Sequence record: SRR20825006_1719
Length of the DNA: 62,366 nucleotides
Strand: one strand, 5' to 3'
Notes under the pieces: generated by a model
The model's input: only the letters and a program-made list of their open reading frames with translations
The model's database searches: none
What the model was told of the DNA's origin: nothing
Position numbers and translations under genes: made by a program
Shown here: positions 22,933 through 33,116 of the stretch, piece by piece
Layout of the letters: each line of letters begins with the position of its first letter
How positions within the stretch are numbered: the first letter of the stretch is position 1

Positions 22933-22960
22933 AAACGACTGAAGTAAACCTGTAAACGAC
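22933..22960. promoter_or_regulatory. LytTR-type direct repeat between receptor and LytS/LytTR genes
   Basis: AAACGAC at 22933-22939 and 22954-22960 (21-bp period). Confidence 0.6.
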
Positions 22961-23083
22961 AAGCGCGGCCTAGAATGAACTTAAATTGCCGTTTACACCG
23001 GTATTAGGGTTGCTAAGGGTGGTATAATCGAAGTTCGCCAGATTTTATTCTAAGATGTTTTTATATAAAACTATATTTGGCTA

Positions 23084-24115
23084 ATGGCTAAGTTTTTACT
23101 GAAAAGACCCGTAGGTATCTGGGAGATTTTATTTCAGATAATCATCTATTTTATGGTGTTTATTTTTTATTCGTTTGAGCGAATAGAAGATCAAGTTGAA
23201 GTAGATATCATTCCTGCGGAAATTGTATTTTTTTTGAATTATGCAGTGGTTGCGCTTTTTATAAGTTACTGGGTGGCTCCGCGTTATTTGTATACCAAAA
23301 GATACTTGCAATTTGGTCTTTGGATTGTGGGACTGCTCACTTTGGTCATCATTTTAGAAGAGCTGGTCATCGAAAAAATCTACTACCCGGACACACGCGG
23401 AAGCAACTTCCCTGGAATTTTTTACAGTCTGGCTGCAATACTGCCCACCATAGTTATACTTTCTGGATTTAAATTCACCTGGGATGCGTTACGGAAACAA
23501 CAAGAGGTGGATCAACTTAAAGATCTTGTAAAACAAAGCGAGCTGCAATACCTAAAATCGCAGATCAATCCGCATTTTTTGTTTAACAACCTCAACAACC
23601 TGTATGCGTATGCCATCGAAAACTCCACACGCACCCCAAAGATCATTTTAGAACTCTCTAATGTACTGCGGTATATGCTTTATGACTGCAAAGCGCATTT
23701 TGTATTACTGTCTAAAGAAATTGATCATCTTGCTGATTATATTAATCTGAACAAATTGCAGCTAGAAGGTAGAGCGCTGGTTGATTTTGAAGTTTCTGAG
23801 AACATAGATCTTCAGCAGCAAATCGCGCCCTTGATCTTACCGGTTTTTATAGAAAATGCTTTTAAACACAGTTCTTCAAGCTTAAAGGATAACATTAAGA
23901 TTAACGTAAGCATCGCCTCTCAAGACGGCGTTTTGCACTTTAAATGTAGTAACAGCTTTTCAGAACAAACTAATACAAACAGCTTAGCACAAGGCATCGG
24001 ACTAGAAAATGTAAAAAAGCGGCTGGACCTTATTTATGGTACAGATTATTCTCTTACTATTGATAAACAAGAACAGCTTTTTATTGTGCAACTCACTATG
24101 AAACTCAAAAGTTAA
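23084..24115 (+). CDS. LytS/YehU-family membrane sensor histidine kinase
   Basis: Four N-terminal hydrophobic helices; LKSQINPHFLFNNLN, FIENAFKH, GIGLENVKKRL. Confidence 0.95.
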   Translation: MAKFLLKRPVGIWEILFQIIIYFMVFIFYSFERIEDQVEVDIIPAEIVFFLNYAVVALFISYWVAPRYLYTKRYLQFGLWIVGLLTLVIILEELVIEKIYYPDTRGSNFPGIFYSLAAILPTIVILSGFKFTWDALRKQQEVDQLKDLVKQSELQYLKSQINPHFLFNNLNNLYAYAIENSTRTPKIILELSNVLRYMLYDCKAHFVLLSKEIDHLADYINLNKLQLEGRALVDFEVSENIDLQQQIAPLILPVFIENAFKHSSSSLKDNIKINVSIASQDGVLHFKCSNSFSEQTNTNSLAQGIGLENVKKRLDLIYGTDYSLTIDKQEQLFIVQLTMKLKS

Positions 24116-24119
24116 CGCT

Positions 24120-24824
24120 ATGCCCGCATCTACTTTATCCTGTATAATTATAGAAGACCAGGCTCCTGCCAAAAGAGTTTTAGAAAAGTATATTAAAGAT
24201 TGTGGTGTTTTAAACCTAAAAGGAAGTTTTACAGACGGTATAGATGCGCTTGAGTTTCTTAAGCAGCATAACGTCTCTTTGATTTTTCTCGACATCCATT
24301 TACCTAAACTTTCAGGTATTGATTTTTTAAAAATCTTGAGTAATCCTCCGCAAGTTATATTGACCACGGCATTTTCTGATTATGCTATAGAAAGCTACGA
24401 ACTTGACGTAGTGGACTATTTACTGAAACCTTTCTCATTTGAACGCTTTCTCAAAGCGGTGAATAAAGTTCAGAAACCGGCAGAGCAACTACCGGAAGCA
24501 ACCCCAGAAGAGCGGCTTATATTTATTAAAAGTGGGTATGAGCATATTAAAATAGAACTTGACCATTTGCTCTACATCAAAGCAGATATGGACTATACAG
24601 AGCTGGTTTCTACCTCTAAAACACATTTATCAAATGAAACCTTAGCTTATTGGGAAGAGCAACTGTCAGCAAGTAATTTTGTACGCATTCACAGATCGTA
24701 TTTGGTAAATATTAAAAGTATCACGAAGTTCTCTAGTGCACAAGTTCAGCTTAGTAACGGTAAAACTTTAAACGTAGGGCGCGTGTATCGTGAAAATCTG
24801 AAAAACAAATTTAAGTTGTTATAA
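24120..24824 (+). CDS. LytTR-family response regulator
   Basis: IIED, FLDIHLP, TTA, DYLLKP receiver; FVRIHRSYLVN LytTR domain. Confidence 0.95.
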   Translation: MPASTLSCIIIEDQAPAKRVLEKYIKDCGVLNLKGSFTDGIDALEFLKQHNVSLIFLDIHLPKLSGIDFLKILSNPPQVILTTAFSDYAIESYELDVVDYLLKPFSFERFLKAVNKVQKPAEQLPEATPEERLIFIKSGYEHIKIELDHLLYIKADMDYTELVSTSKTHLSNETLAYWEEQLSASNFVRIHRSYLVNIKSITKFSSAQVQLSNGKTLNVGRVYRENLKNKFKLL

Positions 24825-24845
24825 CAGCGCCTAAATAAATTGAAG

Positions 24846-25658
24846 TTAAGCAGCTAACGGAAATGTATACACCTCAGTTAAGACTTCTTGTTCTTCGGCA
24901 GTAACTAACGTATTGGTAAGCGCCCAGATACTATAGTTTAACCAAATACTTAATAATCGTAGCGGAATTTCAAGCGCATCTTTAATACCTAATTTTGAAT
25001 CTTCAACGTGCACCCAGCGTTGTAAAGGCTGCTCATAAATAGCACGCATTACGGCTTGTTTTCCGCCTAAAAAGTGCTTCAGTCTTATAAACATTTCCAC
25101 ATCAAAAAGCCATTTACTTAAAAACCGATTCCCGTAGATGACGGGAACCAACTCTCGATTAAACACTTTAGCGCCGCATTGCGTATCTTGAATGGGCAGG
25201 CCCAAGATCAAAAACACACAAAATTTGATCACTTTAGAAAAAAATGCTCTAAAAGGATCTTTCTCGATCCCGGCTTCTGCTTTTGCCCGGCTCCCAAAAA
25301 CCATTTTTAGCTGGGCGTTAGTTTTTAAGGTATGATCAAGAGCTGTAAAATCTTCAAAATCTGTTGACAGATCAGCATCCATAAAACCTATATGACGCAC
25401 ATTTGTTTTACTATAAAGGTATCGGGCACCTGCGCGTACCGCCGCTGCTTTGCCGCTGTTGCGCTTCATATCAATAACAGTAACCTTATCAGGATTACTT
25501 TGCTGAATATTTTTAAGCACTTCTAACGTCTGGTCTTTACTTCCATCATTAACAAAGCATAAATGATATGAATTTGTAGACTGAATAAAGGTTTCAAAAG
25601 CTTTAGTGTCAATGCGTTTTTCTTCGTTATAGCACGGGATGATAATAGCAGTTTTCAT
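24846..25658 (-). CDS. GT2 glycosyltransferase, polyprenyl/dolichyl-phosphate glycosyltransferase-like
   Basis: IIPCYNE, VNDGSKD, GKAAAVRAG, FMDADLST, DTQCGAKVF, WLFDVE. Confidence 0.9.
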   Translation of the reverse strand: MKTAIIIPCYNEEKRIDTKAFETFIQSTNSYHLCFVNDGSKDQTLEVLKNIQQSNPDKVTVIDMKRNSGKAAAVRAGARYLYSKTNVRHIGFMDADLSTDFEDFTALDHTLKTNAQLKMVFGSRAKAEAGIEKDPFRAFFSKVIKFCVFLILGLPIQDTQCGAKVFNRELVPVIYGNRFLSKWLFDVEMFIRLKHFLGGKQAVMRAIYEQPLQRWVHVEDSKLGIKDALEIPLRLLSIWLNYSIWALTNTLVTAEEQEVLTEVYTFPLAA

Positions 25659-25694
25659 AAGATTTGTTTTAGGTGATTCAGATTAAATACACCA

Positions 25695-25796
25695 CAAACA
25701 TATCGGGGTCCGGAAGGCTAAAAGCTTGATTTTCGACGGTTAAACTCCTACATTAGTTGAAAACCATTCATCGACAGATGAGTCATTCATCGAATG
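25695..25796. promoter_or_regulatory. Divergent promoter region with several LytTR-type boxes
   Basis: -7 box TATGTTTG (minus, 25695-25702); degenerate boxes at 25733 and 25754; CATTCATCGA exact twice at 25765-25774 and 25784-25793. Confidence 0.72.
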
Positions 25797-25847
25797 TTTT
25801 ATCTTAGCTATGTAAGAAATACAAACATTCCTATAGCTTTAAAATTC

Positions 25848-28800
25848 ATGAAAAACACCCCAAACAGATACTTGATTATCGCGCTGTTGATCGGTGTAGC
25901 CTTTCATGGGTTTAGCATCTTTTTTACGCTAGAAGGAACTTACGATGCGCTGATTCATTTATTTTTTGCAGATCATTATGCCACGCATTGGTTTGAACCA
26001 TGGAACTACAGCTGGTACACCGGTTTTACGGTGATGGGCTATCCACCTCTCGTGCATCAGTCTATCGCTATATTATCTTTAATTGGCGGTTTAAAATTTG
26101 GAATGTTCACCGTTGCTATACTTGGCGTCATCCTATTCATAACCGGTGTATATCGTTTTGCATTGCTCATCACAGCAAGCGCACACGCAGCCGGCTATGC
26201 GGCTATTCTGGCTGTGTTTTCTTCATCTTTTGTTGAAACACTACACATCTTTGGGCAGTTGCCCAGCATCATTGGTGTTTCGATCCTTATGCACGCGCTG
26301 CCCGAAATCTATCTTTGGCTGACCACCGGGCGCATAAAATTCTTTTTAACTTCGCTTTCTTTACTAGCTGTCACGGTTTGTTCGCATCACGTTACTCCAA
26401 TTTTTGGGATGGTATTCTTCATTTTTCCATTGATCGGAATGGCGGTAATGGATCAAGCGCGTACACAAGTAAACCGAATGAAAGACGTTACATTCGCGGT
26501 TTTTCTGAAAGCTTTTTTCAGCCTACTAAAACGAATGATCGCTTTTGGATTTGCTGCGCTGGCTTTAATAATTGTGTGCATTTTACCGTATTGGGTAAAC
26601 ACCAAGAATAATCCCATTACACAAGTACCAATCCCCCACGGTTCACGGGATAATTTTCTGGAAGTTACTTCTAGCGGACTCGTATTTTTCTTAATTCCGT
26701 GGGGCGTTTTGTTGCTCTTACTACCATACTTTTTTTACCGCTATTACAGTAAACGTTATTTGTTTTTTGGCCTTTCCCTCACGATGCTTACAATTTTGGG
26801 AAGTGGCGGCACAACGCCAATCCCTAAAATGATTTTAGGCGACAATGCCTTTAATATTCTCACTTTAGACCGGTTTACATTGTGGGGAAGTATTATGGTT
26901 TTACCCTTGTTTGGGGAGTTCGCTTATCGATTTGCCGAAGGCGATTACAAAAGCTTTTTGAGCACCAAATTAGGTGGTTTATATCATCGTATTCTCGCCG
27001 GTCTGCTCGCAGCGCTCTTTTTAGGAACGATGATCTTCACAATGACTTTAAATAACTTCAGACCCTCGCAACCTGATCCTATAAATATGTTGCCTATTGT
27101 GAATTTCCTCAATCAGGATCAGCATTACAAATGGCGGTTTTTGCCGCTAGGTTTTGGTGATCAAATTGCATGGCTTTCTGCCCAAACAGATGCGATGACG
27201 GTTGATGGTAACTACCATTCGGCGCGCAGGCTTCCTGAACTTACCACCAGAGCGATCGAGCGACTCGAGAATTCTAAATTCAGAGGAATTGAAGGTATAG
27301 GTTCGTTGCAGCAGTTTTTAACCATTCCTGAAAAATATCACCTAAAATATGTGTTCTCTAACGATAAATTTTATGATCCTATCCTCTACTTTTCGGGCTG
27401 GCAACGCTTGGGATTGCTTGAGAACGGCATTATGGTTTGGGAGAAATTAGGCGTCGCCCCAATGCCAGAGATCATCCCCAAAGATGATATTCCTCTGGTG
27501 CTCATATTGATGTGGGGGATCATCCCGCTGCTTACGGTGGTAATCGCGTTTGTCATTAATGTTCAATCGATCTGGCTGCGCGCGCTTCGGTCTAGTAAAC
27601 CTCAGCTCCCAGCGTATATGCAATGGTCAAACGACTATACTATTTCGGCTAAAACTTCAAAGAAAAGAAACCAACTGCTTTTTAATATCGCGCACGTATA
27701 TGGTGTGCTTCTCCTTGTTTGTTTCAGTCTGGGGGTTTATTCGTTTTACTTAAAAAATGCAGACCAACTTTCCCCAGAAAATGTAGTTGAAGCTTATTTT
27801 GACGCTTTAGACTTTAAAGAATTAGAGCGTGCTTATTCCTACTTTGATCCCAAAAGTGATAAAAATCTGGATCAATTTATGCTCGAATTTGCTGTCACAG
27901 ATGGTCTCCTGAACAGTTATGCGAAACTTGATGCGATTGCTGTTGAGATCACCAATCAGACCGACTCCACCGCAAGAGCTACCGCTTATGCTAAATGGAT
28001 CACTCCGCTAGAACTTATTCCAACTCAAGAAGATTTTGAACTCGTTCAACGGCATCAAAAATGGTATGTAATTCCTAAAAATCCTGATCTTGACTTACCT
28101 CCTGACCAACTGATCACAACTAACGAAACTGATTTTTACAACCACGGCAGGCGTCGTATTACTTCAGAACAAACTTATCACGAAGATATTCTCAAGCAGC
28201 CTGTGCTCGAGGTACTTTCGGCGCGATTGCTTCAAGTAGATGGTGCTTATATTATTTTGGGAGAACTGCAGAATATAGATAACCTTCCGGCTAATGTTTC
28301 TATAAAGGGAACGCTTTATGACGACCAAGATTTGCCTCTTGCGAGCTTTAATGCAAAATATGAGATGAAGCATAAGCTAATGCCTAAAGAGATCACTTCG
28401 TTTAAAATTGCTTTTGAAGGTACGGCCTGGTTAAAACCAGATGAGCACGCACCGCTCACCTTTAATCCGGACCAATTTACTCCGGTAGAATTAGACGGAA
28501 AACCGGTCACTTTTGACTTACACGTTTCGGCAAATGTGGCAAATACTGATTTGTATAAACGGGTGGTTGTAAATGATTTTTCATTAGAAGAAAACCAATT
28601 GTACACCACCTTGTTCAATCCCGGGACGCAGCAGGCGACTATTCCGCAGGTGTTGGTCTCGTATTATGATCGTGAGCACAACTTGACGTGGGTAGATCAT
28701 CATTTTTTACAGGAAGGAATCCGGCAGCAACGCCAGCAAGAAGTACAGATAGCTTTGAATAAAAAGTCTGGACAACTCATTAGTGATGCTATGGAAGCGA

Positions 28801-28949
28801 TTTATGTAAATGGGTTGTCTAATCAAGAAATCGCTCGTAAAGTGGTGCCCGAGCGCCAAACCGAGCAACAAAAAGCAGCGCACGTCAAACTGAAGGATGG
28901 AAGCTTTGTAAAATTAGAGATCAATACATTTTTAGGAAATCCGCGATGA
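25848..28949 (+). CDS. Large polytopic membrane protein, GT-C/PTPS-related-like N-terminus plus extracytoplasmic NTF2-like and FxLYD-like domains
   Basis: About 13 hydrophobic segments; first loop TYDALIH...WYTGF...GYPPL; C-terminal SPENVVEAYFDALD, GELQN...GTLYD, LVSYYD; ATG 25848 preferred because 25794 lies in the operator region. Confidence 0.7.
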   Translation: MKNTPNRYLIIALLIGVAFHGFSIFFTLEGTYDALIHLFFADHYATHWFEPWNYSWYTGFTVMGYPPLVHQSIAILSLIGGLKFGMFTVAILGVILFITGVYRFALLITASAHAAGYAAILAVFSSSFVETLHIFGQLPSIIGVSILMHALPEIYLWLTTGRIKFFLTSLSLLAVTVCSHHVTPIFGMVFFIFPLIGMAVMDQARTQVNRMKDVTFAVFLKAFFSLLKRMIAFGFAALALIIVCILPYWVNTKNNPITQVPIPHGSRDNFLEVTSSGLVFFLIPWGVLLLLLPYFFYRYYSKRYLFFGLSLTMLTILGSGGTTPIPKMILGDNAFNILTLDRFTLWGSIMVLPLFGEFAYRFAEGDYKSFLSTKLGGLYHRILAGLLAALFLGTMIFTMTLNNFRPSQPDPINMLPIVNFLNQDQHYKWRFLPLGFGDQIAWLSAQTDAMTVDGNYHSARRLPELTTRAIERLENSKFRGIEGIGSLQQFLTIPEKYHLKYVFSNDKFYDPILYFSGWQRLGLLENGIMVWEKLGVAPMPEIIPKDDIPLVLILMWGIIPLLTVVIAFVINVQSIWLRALRSSKPQLPAYMQWSNDYTISAKTSKKRNQLLFNIAHVYGVLLLVCFSLGVYSFYLKNADQLSPENVVEAYFDALDFKELERAYSYFDPKSDKNLDQFMLEFAVTDGLLNSYAKLDAIAVEITNQTDSTARATAYAKWITPLELIPTQEDFELVQRHQKWYVIPKNPDLDLPPDQLITTNETDFYNHGRRRITSEQTYHEDILKQPVLEVLSARLLQVDGAYIILGELQNIDNLPANVSIKGTLYDDQDLPLASFNAKYEMKHKLMPKEITSFKIAFEGTAWLKPDEHAPLTFNPDQFTPVELDGKPVTFDLHVSANVANTDLYKRVVVNDFSLEENQLYTTLFNPGTQQATIPQVLVSYYDREHNLTWVDHHFLQEGIRQQRQQEVQIALNKKSGQLISDAMEAIYVNGLSNQEIARKVVPERQTEQQKAAHVKLKDGSFVKLEINTFLGNPR

Positions 28950-30151
28950 AAAAAGCTGTCTTATATATATTCGTTTTTGTTGTCTTCAGTTTTACAATTC
29001 AACCGGAAACTGCTCCTGTCTCGCAAATAAAATTACTTACAACTAAAAGTACTTTTGTAGCAGGTGATGTGATTCAGTTAAAGTTTAAAACAGAAGCATC
29101 TGACTTAAAACTGTTGCTAGTCTCCAATTTGGGAACTATGCTCGTAAGTCCTGAAACTGAACAAGCTGTCAAAACATTTACAGTGCCCGAAGCATTAAGT
29201 ACTTCTGCAGGAGAATTGAATTGGGTATTGATTAAAAATGCTGAACTTCAAAAAGGATCGATCACCATTTTAGCTGACACAAACAAAATAGCCGCTATTG
29301 AATCGTATCTTGGTCCGCAACGCATTGCAGCGGGAGGTAACGATTATGCGCAGGTTACATTAATTTCTACTGATTGTTACGACAATGTTCTGCCTGATCA
29401 CACAGAACTTGCATTCACAACAAGTTTTAATAGTAAAACACAAACCGAAAAAATTGAGATTCAAAATAGTATTGCGTGGAAGAATATTTTATCAACCAAA
29501 GAGACCGGCCGCATCTTCAACTCCGCCCGAATACAAAAGGTTTCTTCTAAACTTCAGACGATTTATGTAGATGCAAATTTGGCGCAAGATTTTAATATAA
29601 TGGTTGAGCGTGTTCATCATTTCGCCGACGCAGATCAAATTACAGTTCTGAAAACCGATCTCATCAAAGATCGGTTGGGAAATACAATTCCAGATGGAAC
29701 TTTAGTCAACTTCCTTATCAAAACCGATACCGGCGGAATTTTACAAGCCACCGGAAACACGTTAAATGGAAACGCCACCGCTCAGATCAAACATCCTGAA
29801 CAACCGCAGCAATGGGAAATTCAAGCATTCATAACTGGGATTGCTACAAGTAACATTATTCCGATTAGCTTTTCCGCAGCTCTTGATACAATCCCCACCA
29901 CGTGGCATGCGGATAAATATACTTTAACCGTTGGTCCGCTCAACGGAAAATTAAATCAAATAGTTCCCGAAGGTACACGCGTAAAGCTCATCGTTAAAAA
30001 TGAAAATCAAACCTACACGTTAACACAAAAAACACAGACCGGAACAGCATCTTTTTATCTCGATCCTGCTGTTTATCAATCAGGAACCTATACTTTTAAA
30101 GTACAGGTTTTGGGTGTAAAGCAAACGCTAGAACCTATTACAATCCATTGA
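28946..30151 (+). CDS. Secreted beta-rich protein with invasin/Big-like Ig repeats
   Basis: Signal peptide; repeated D.(Y/L)(D/G)N.(L/I)PD(H/G)T.V.F-type units; ATGA overlap with upstream gene. Confidence 0.6.
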   Translation: MKKAVLYIFVFVVFSFTIQPETAPVSQIKLLTTKSTFVAGDVIQLKFKTEASDLKLLLVSNLGTMLVSPETEQAVKTFTVPEALSTSAGELNWVLIKNAELQKGSITILADTNKIAAIESYLGPQRIAAGGNDYAQVTLISTDCYDNVLPDHTELAFTTSFNSKTQTEKIEIQNSIAWKNILSTKETGRIFNSARIQKVSSKLQTIYVDANLAQDFNIMVERVHHFADADQITVLKTDLIKDRLGNTIPDGTLVNFLIKTDTGGILQATGNTLNGNATAQIKHPEQPQQWEIQAFITGIATSNIIPISFSAALDTIPTTWHADKYTLTVGPLNGKLNQIVPEGTRVKLIVKNENQTYTLTQKTQTGTASFYLDPAVYQSGTYTFKVQVLGVKQTLEPITIH

Positions 30152-31671
30152 AAAATCAAAATAAAAACATATATCGTGCACTGTTGATTCTTTCTTTTAT
30201 AGGATTGAATTTGCTGTTGGTTTCCGGGATCAGCAGTATACTTTCCTACCTCAACACAGGTGCCGATAAAAGTAAAATGCTCAATCTGGCTCTAGGCGCT
30301 GAACCGGTTTACAAGCCTCAGCTTGTTTGGAAAGACACGATCAACCCAAGCAGACCAATTGAAAAGCCTACCAAAAAGCGCGTTGCTCAAGATTATTTAA
30401 ATGCTTGGTATGTACGCGAGGTTGCTTTAGCTACTGGAGAGATTAAAGGAATTGCAGATTATTACACCTCTAGTGCTCGCGAAAAAATAAGCCGGATTCT
30501 TACTGAAAATAATGCCGCACAAACTCGTATAGAAAGTACTTCGCTCAATCACGAACTGCATTTAGAATTTTATAGCGCCGATGGACAACTCATCAGTTTT
30601 ACAGATCAAAATGTACTGGAGGTGCAACGTGTTTTTTCTGAAGATCAACTGATGCTTCAAACCCGGGATACTTCAGATTACAGAGTAATAATGTTGCTTG
30701 AAGACGGGTTTTGGCGCATTCGCCAACTGGTGCGCATCCCTAAAAATTCGGTAAAAGATTCCGTGGTTAATATTCCGCAGGAAAAACTTCCGAAGTGGAT
30801 TAAAGGAGTGAATTATTATCCACAAGAAAATGCCTGGGATACCTTCGGAAATTCTTTTAATCCTGAAACACTTGCCGCAGATTTTAAAAAGATAAAAGCA
30901 CTTCACCTCAACACCATTCGCATTTTTATAGGTTATGAAGATTTTGGCGCTGCTGATGTAATTGAAGACAAACTCAACAAACTAAGAGTTTTGCTAGATC
31001 TTGCTCAGGAACACAGATTGAACGTGATTATTACGCTTTTTGACTTTTACGGCGATTATTCGGTTTTAGATATGCCTAATACATTTAAGCACGCTTCTAC
31101 AATTATCAATACATTCAAGACACACCCAGCGCTTTTGGCTTGGGACATCAAAAATGAACCCGATCTGGATTATAAAAATCGCGGTGAAGACTTGGTTAAC
31201 TTTTGGCTGAAAAATCAGTTGGACCATATTAAAAGTTTAGATCCCGAAACACCGGTAACTATCGGCTGGTCAACTCCTGAAGCTGCCGTTGCGTTGGTAG
31301 AAAAGGTTGATCTGGTAAGCTTTCATTATTATCGAGACTTCGGAAACTTTGAAACTGCTTACACAACGTTGAAAGAAGCTACTAACAAGCCATTAATGCT
31401 TCAAGAATTCGGATGTTCAACGTATCGTGGTATCTGGAATCCTTTTGGAGCATCAGAGCAAAAACAGGCCGAATACTACAACACTTTTTTAAGTGATCTG
31501 AAACAGAAAAATCTACACTTCGCGATATGGACGCTTTATGATTACACAGAGGTTCCCACTAGTGTAGTAGGCCGGCTTCCGTGGCGCAAAGCTCCTCAAA
31601 AGCATTTCGGTATATTGAAGGAAAATAGCACCGATAAAAAAGCCGCTCAGGTTTTTAAAGAATCCCTTTAA
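30148..31671 (+). CDS. Membrane-anchored clan GH-A glycoside hydrolase (GH5/GH2-type TIM barrel)
   Basis: N-terminal TM helix; KGVNYYP, NTIRIF, WDIKNEP (acid/base), SFHYY, LQEFG (nucleophile); TTG start overlapping the upstream TGA. Confidence 0.85.
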   Translation: MKNQNKNIYRALLILSFIGLNLLLVSGISSILSYLNTGADKSKMLNLALGAEPVYKPQLVWKDTINPSRPIEKPTKKRVAQDYLNAWYVREVALATGEIKGIADYYTSSAREKISRILTENNAAQTRIESTSLNHELHLEFYSADGQLISFTDQNVLEVQRVFSEDQLMLQTRDTSDYRVIMLLEDGFWRIRQLVRIPKNSVKDSVVNIPQEKLPKWIKGVNYYPQENAWDTFGNSFNPETLAADFKKIKALHLNTIRIFIGYEDFGAADVIEDKLNKLRVLLDLAQEHRLNVIITLFDFYGDYSVLDMPNTFKHASTIINTFKTHPALLAWDIKNEPDLDYKNRGEDLVNFWLKNQLDHIKSLDPETPVTIGWSTPEAAVALVEKVDLVSFHYYRDFGNFETAYTTLKEATNKPLMLQEFGCSTYRGIWNPFGASEQKQAEYYNTFLSDLKQKNLHFAIWTLYDYTEVPTSVVGRLPWRKAPQKHFGILKENSTDKKAAQVFKESL

Positions 31672-31722
31672 ACACTTTTAGAGCAGCAAAACAATCTGAA
31701 GCAATAAACCCTTTGATAATAC

Positions 31723-31766
31723 AAAAAAGAAACCCCAGACGCTTTTAGGGATAGCGAATGGGGTTT
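31723..31766 (-). terminator. Terminator hairpin between convergent GH and GT4 genes
   Basis: AAACCCCAGACGCT...AGCGAATGGGGTTT preceded by A-run. Confidence 0.65.
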
Positions 31767-31797
31767 GCAACCAAATCGAAGTTGAATGAGGTGCTTC

Positions 31798-33009
31798 TTA
31801 AGCAGACACGAGTTCGGTGTCTAGATCATTTTCCTCTATATTTTGTAATCGTTTAAATACTTGCACGTATTTATCAGCGATCGTAATCATTGGTAAGGCA
31901 GTGGCAGCCTTATAATTTGCGCGTCCCATAGCTGTTCTCAAGGTCTCATTTTCTAAAACGATCTTTAAAGATTCTGCCAAATCTTCAACATCATTAGGTT
32001 TAAAAAACTGAGCCTCATAGCCTTCTTCGCGTGAGAGAATGCCCAGATCTCCCAAATCTGGCATAACCACTGCTTTACCATAACTTCCTGCTTGATGCAG
32101 TACTCCGCTGCTTCCCGTAGTAGCCGTGTAGGGGAATACGACCACTGCGCTATCTTCAAACAATTTGGGGACATCTTCTTCGGCGACATAACCTGTAAAA
32201 CGCAGTTGAGGAACGTGAGCAAATTGCTTTTTCACACCTTCAAGATATCCTCTCACATTAGGATTATCAGTCCCGGCGATGACGATCTCAATATCTAGGT
32301 CGGTGCTTTGACGTAAGTGCTGTACCGCTTCAATAAGCATCTCCACTTTCTTATAGGTACCAAATTTGCCAAAAGTCATTACCTGTAGGGGGCCTTGCGG
32401 TAAGTCATATTTAGGAGTTTGAGGCAATTCAAAAGTTCCGTGCGGAATCAATCCTACATTAGTTGCTTTATATTTTTCCTGTAGAATAGTTACATATTTA
32501 CTGATGGTAAGCGCCACATAATCTGCTCGTAGCAGCAACCGAGTGAGCTGGCTTCCTATAAAATTATATGCTCGTTGTAAGAATTTGTTCTGTGTTATAC
32601 CGGCTGCGGAAAGATCAACTTCCTCTAAAATATTATGAAGTAACACCACCGAAGGAATACGCATCAATTTGCACATACCGGGAAGCATCAAGCCTAAAGC
32701 TGCAGGAATCTTTTTGTCTCCAAACTTCATAAACTGAAGATTAAACAACACCCCGTCTGGCTGCTCCTCTCTGATCGCTTTTAAAACTTTAGGCAGATTA
32801 CTATACGCATTAAAACTCCAGCACTTGATCACGCGCACTTTACAACCTGAAACATCCAGATGATTTTCGGCAACGTCGGCAGCAACATCTGCAAGCAATA
32901 CGATTTCGTCAACCTCTTGATGCATTCTCAATGCACGTACCAAATAAAACGCATATTCGTTAAGCGTAACTTTGCTGGGCGGAAAGGCAGTAACAACGGC
33001 TAGTTTCAT
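31798..33009 (-). CDS. GT4 (GT-B) glycosyltransferase, mannosyltransferase-like subgroup
   Basis: VVTAFPP, LLHN, IPHG, FGKFGTYKKVE, VVFPY...SSGVLHQAGSYGKAVV. Confidence 0.9.
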   Translation of the reverse strand: MKLAVVTAFPPSKVTLNEYAFYLVRALRMHQEVDEIVLLADVAADVAENHLDVSGCKVRVIKCWSFNAYSNLPKVLKAIREEQPDGVLFNLQFMKFGDKKIPAALGLMLPGMCKLMRIPSVVLLHNILEEVDLSAAGITQNKFLQRAYNFIGSQLTRLLLRADYVALTISKYVTILQEKYKATNVGLIPHGTFELPQTPKYDLPQGPLQVMTFGKFGTYKKVEMLIEAVQHLRQSTDLDIEIVIAGTDNPNVRGYLEGVKKQFAHVPQLRFTGYVAEEDVPKLFEDSAVVVFPYTATTGSSGVLHQAGSYGKAVVMPDLGDLGILSREEGYEAQFFKPNDVEDLAESLKIVLENETLRTAMGRANYKAATALPMITIADKYVQVFKRLQNIEENDLDTELVSA

Positions 33010-33033
33010 AAGATTTGGTGTTTAATTATGATT

Positions 33034-33103
33034 CAAATTTGAGAAGAATACCATTTCTAAAATGCAAGAAAACGTTTGATCACCGCTTACTGTCGACGAA
33101 TGG
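33034..33103 (-). promoter_or_regulatory. GT4 promoter: LytTR-type box and -7 element
   Basis: CTGTCGACGAATGG 33090-33103; CAAATTTG 33034-33041; 48-nt gap. Confidence 0.78.
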
Positions 33104-33116
33104 AACTTCCAGAGAG

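Noticed and set aside
25765-25793. Exact 10-bp repeat as possible mini-CRISPR or transposon target duplication
   Set aside because: Two short copies 19 bp apart, matching the regulon motif; no cas or transposase genes
25794-25847. N-terminal extensions in the ORF track (also at 3053, 6066, 16336, 22934, 37080, 40379)
   Set aside because: They overlap predicted promoters or upstream genes; downstream ATGs give proper signal peptides or match paralogue starts
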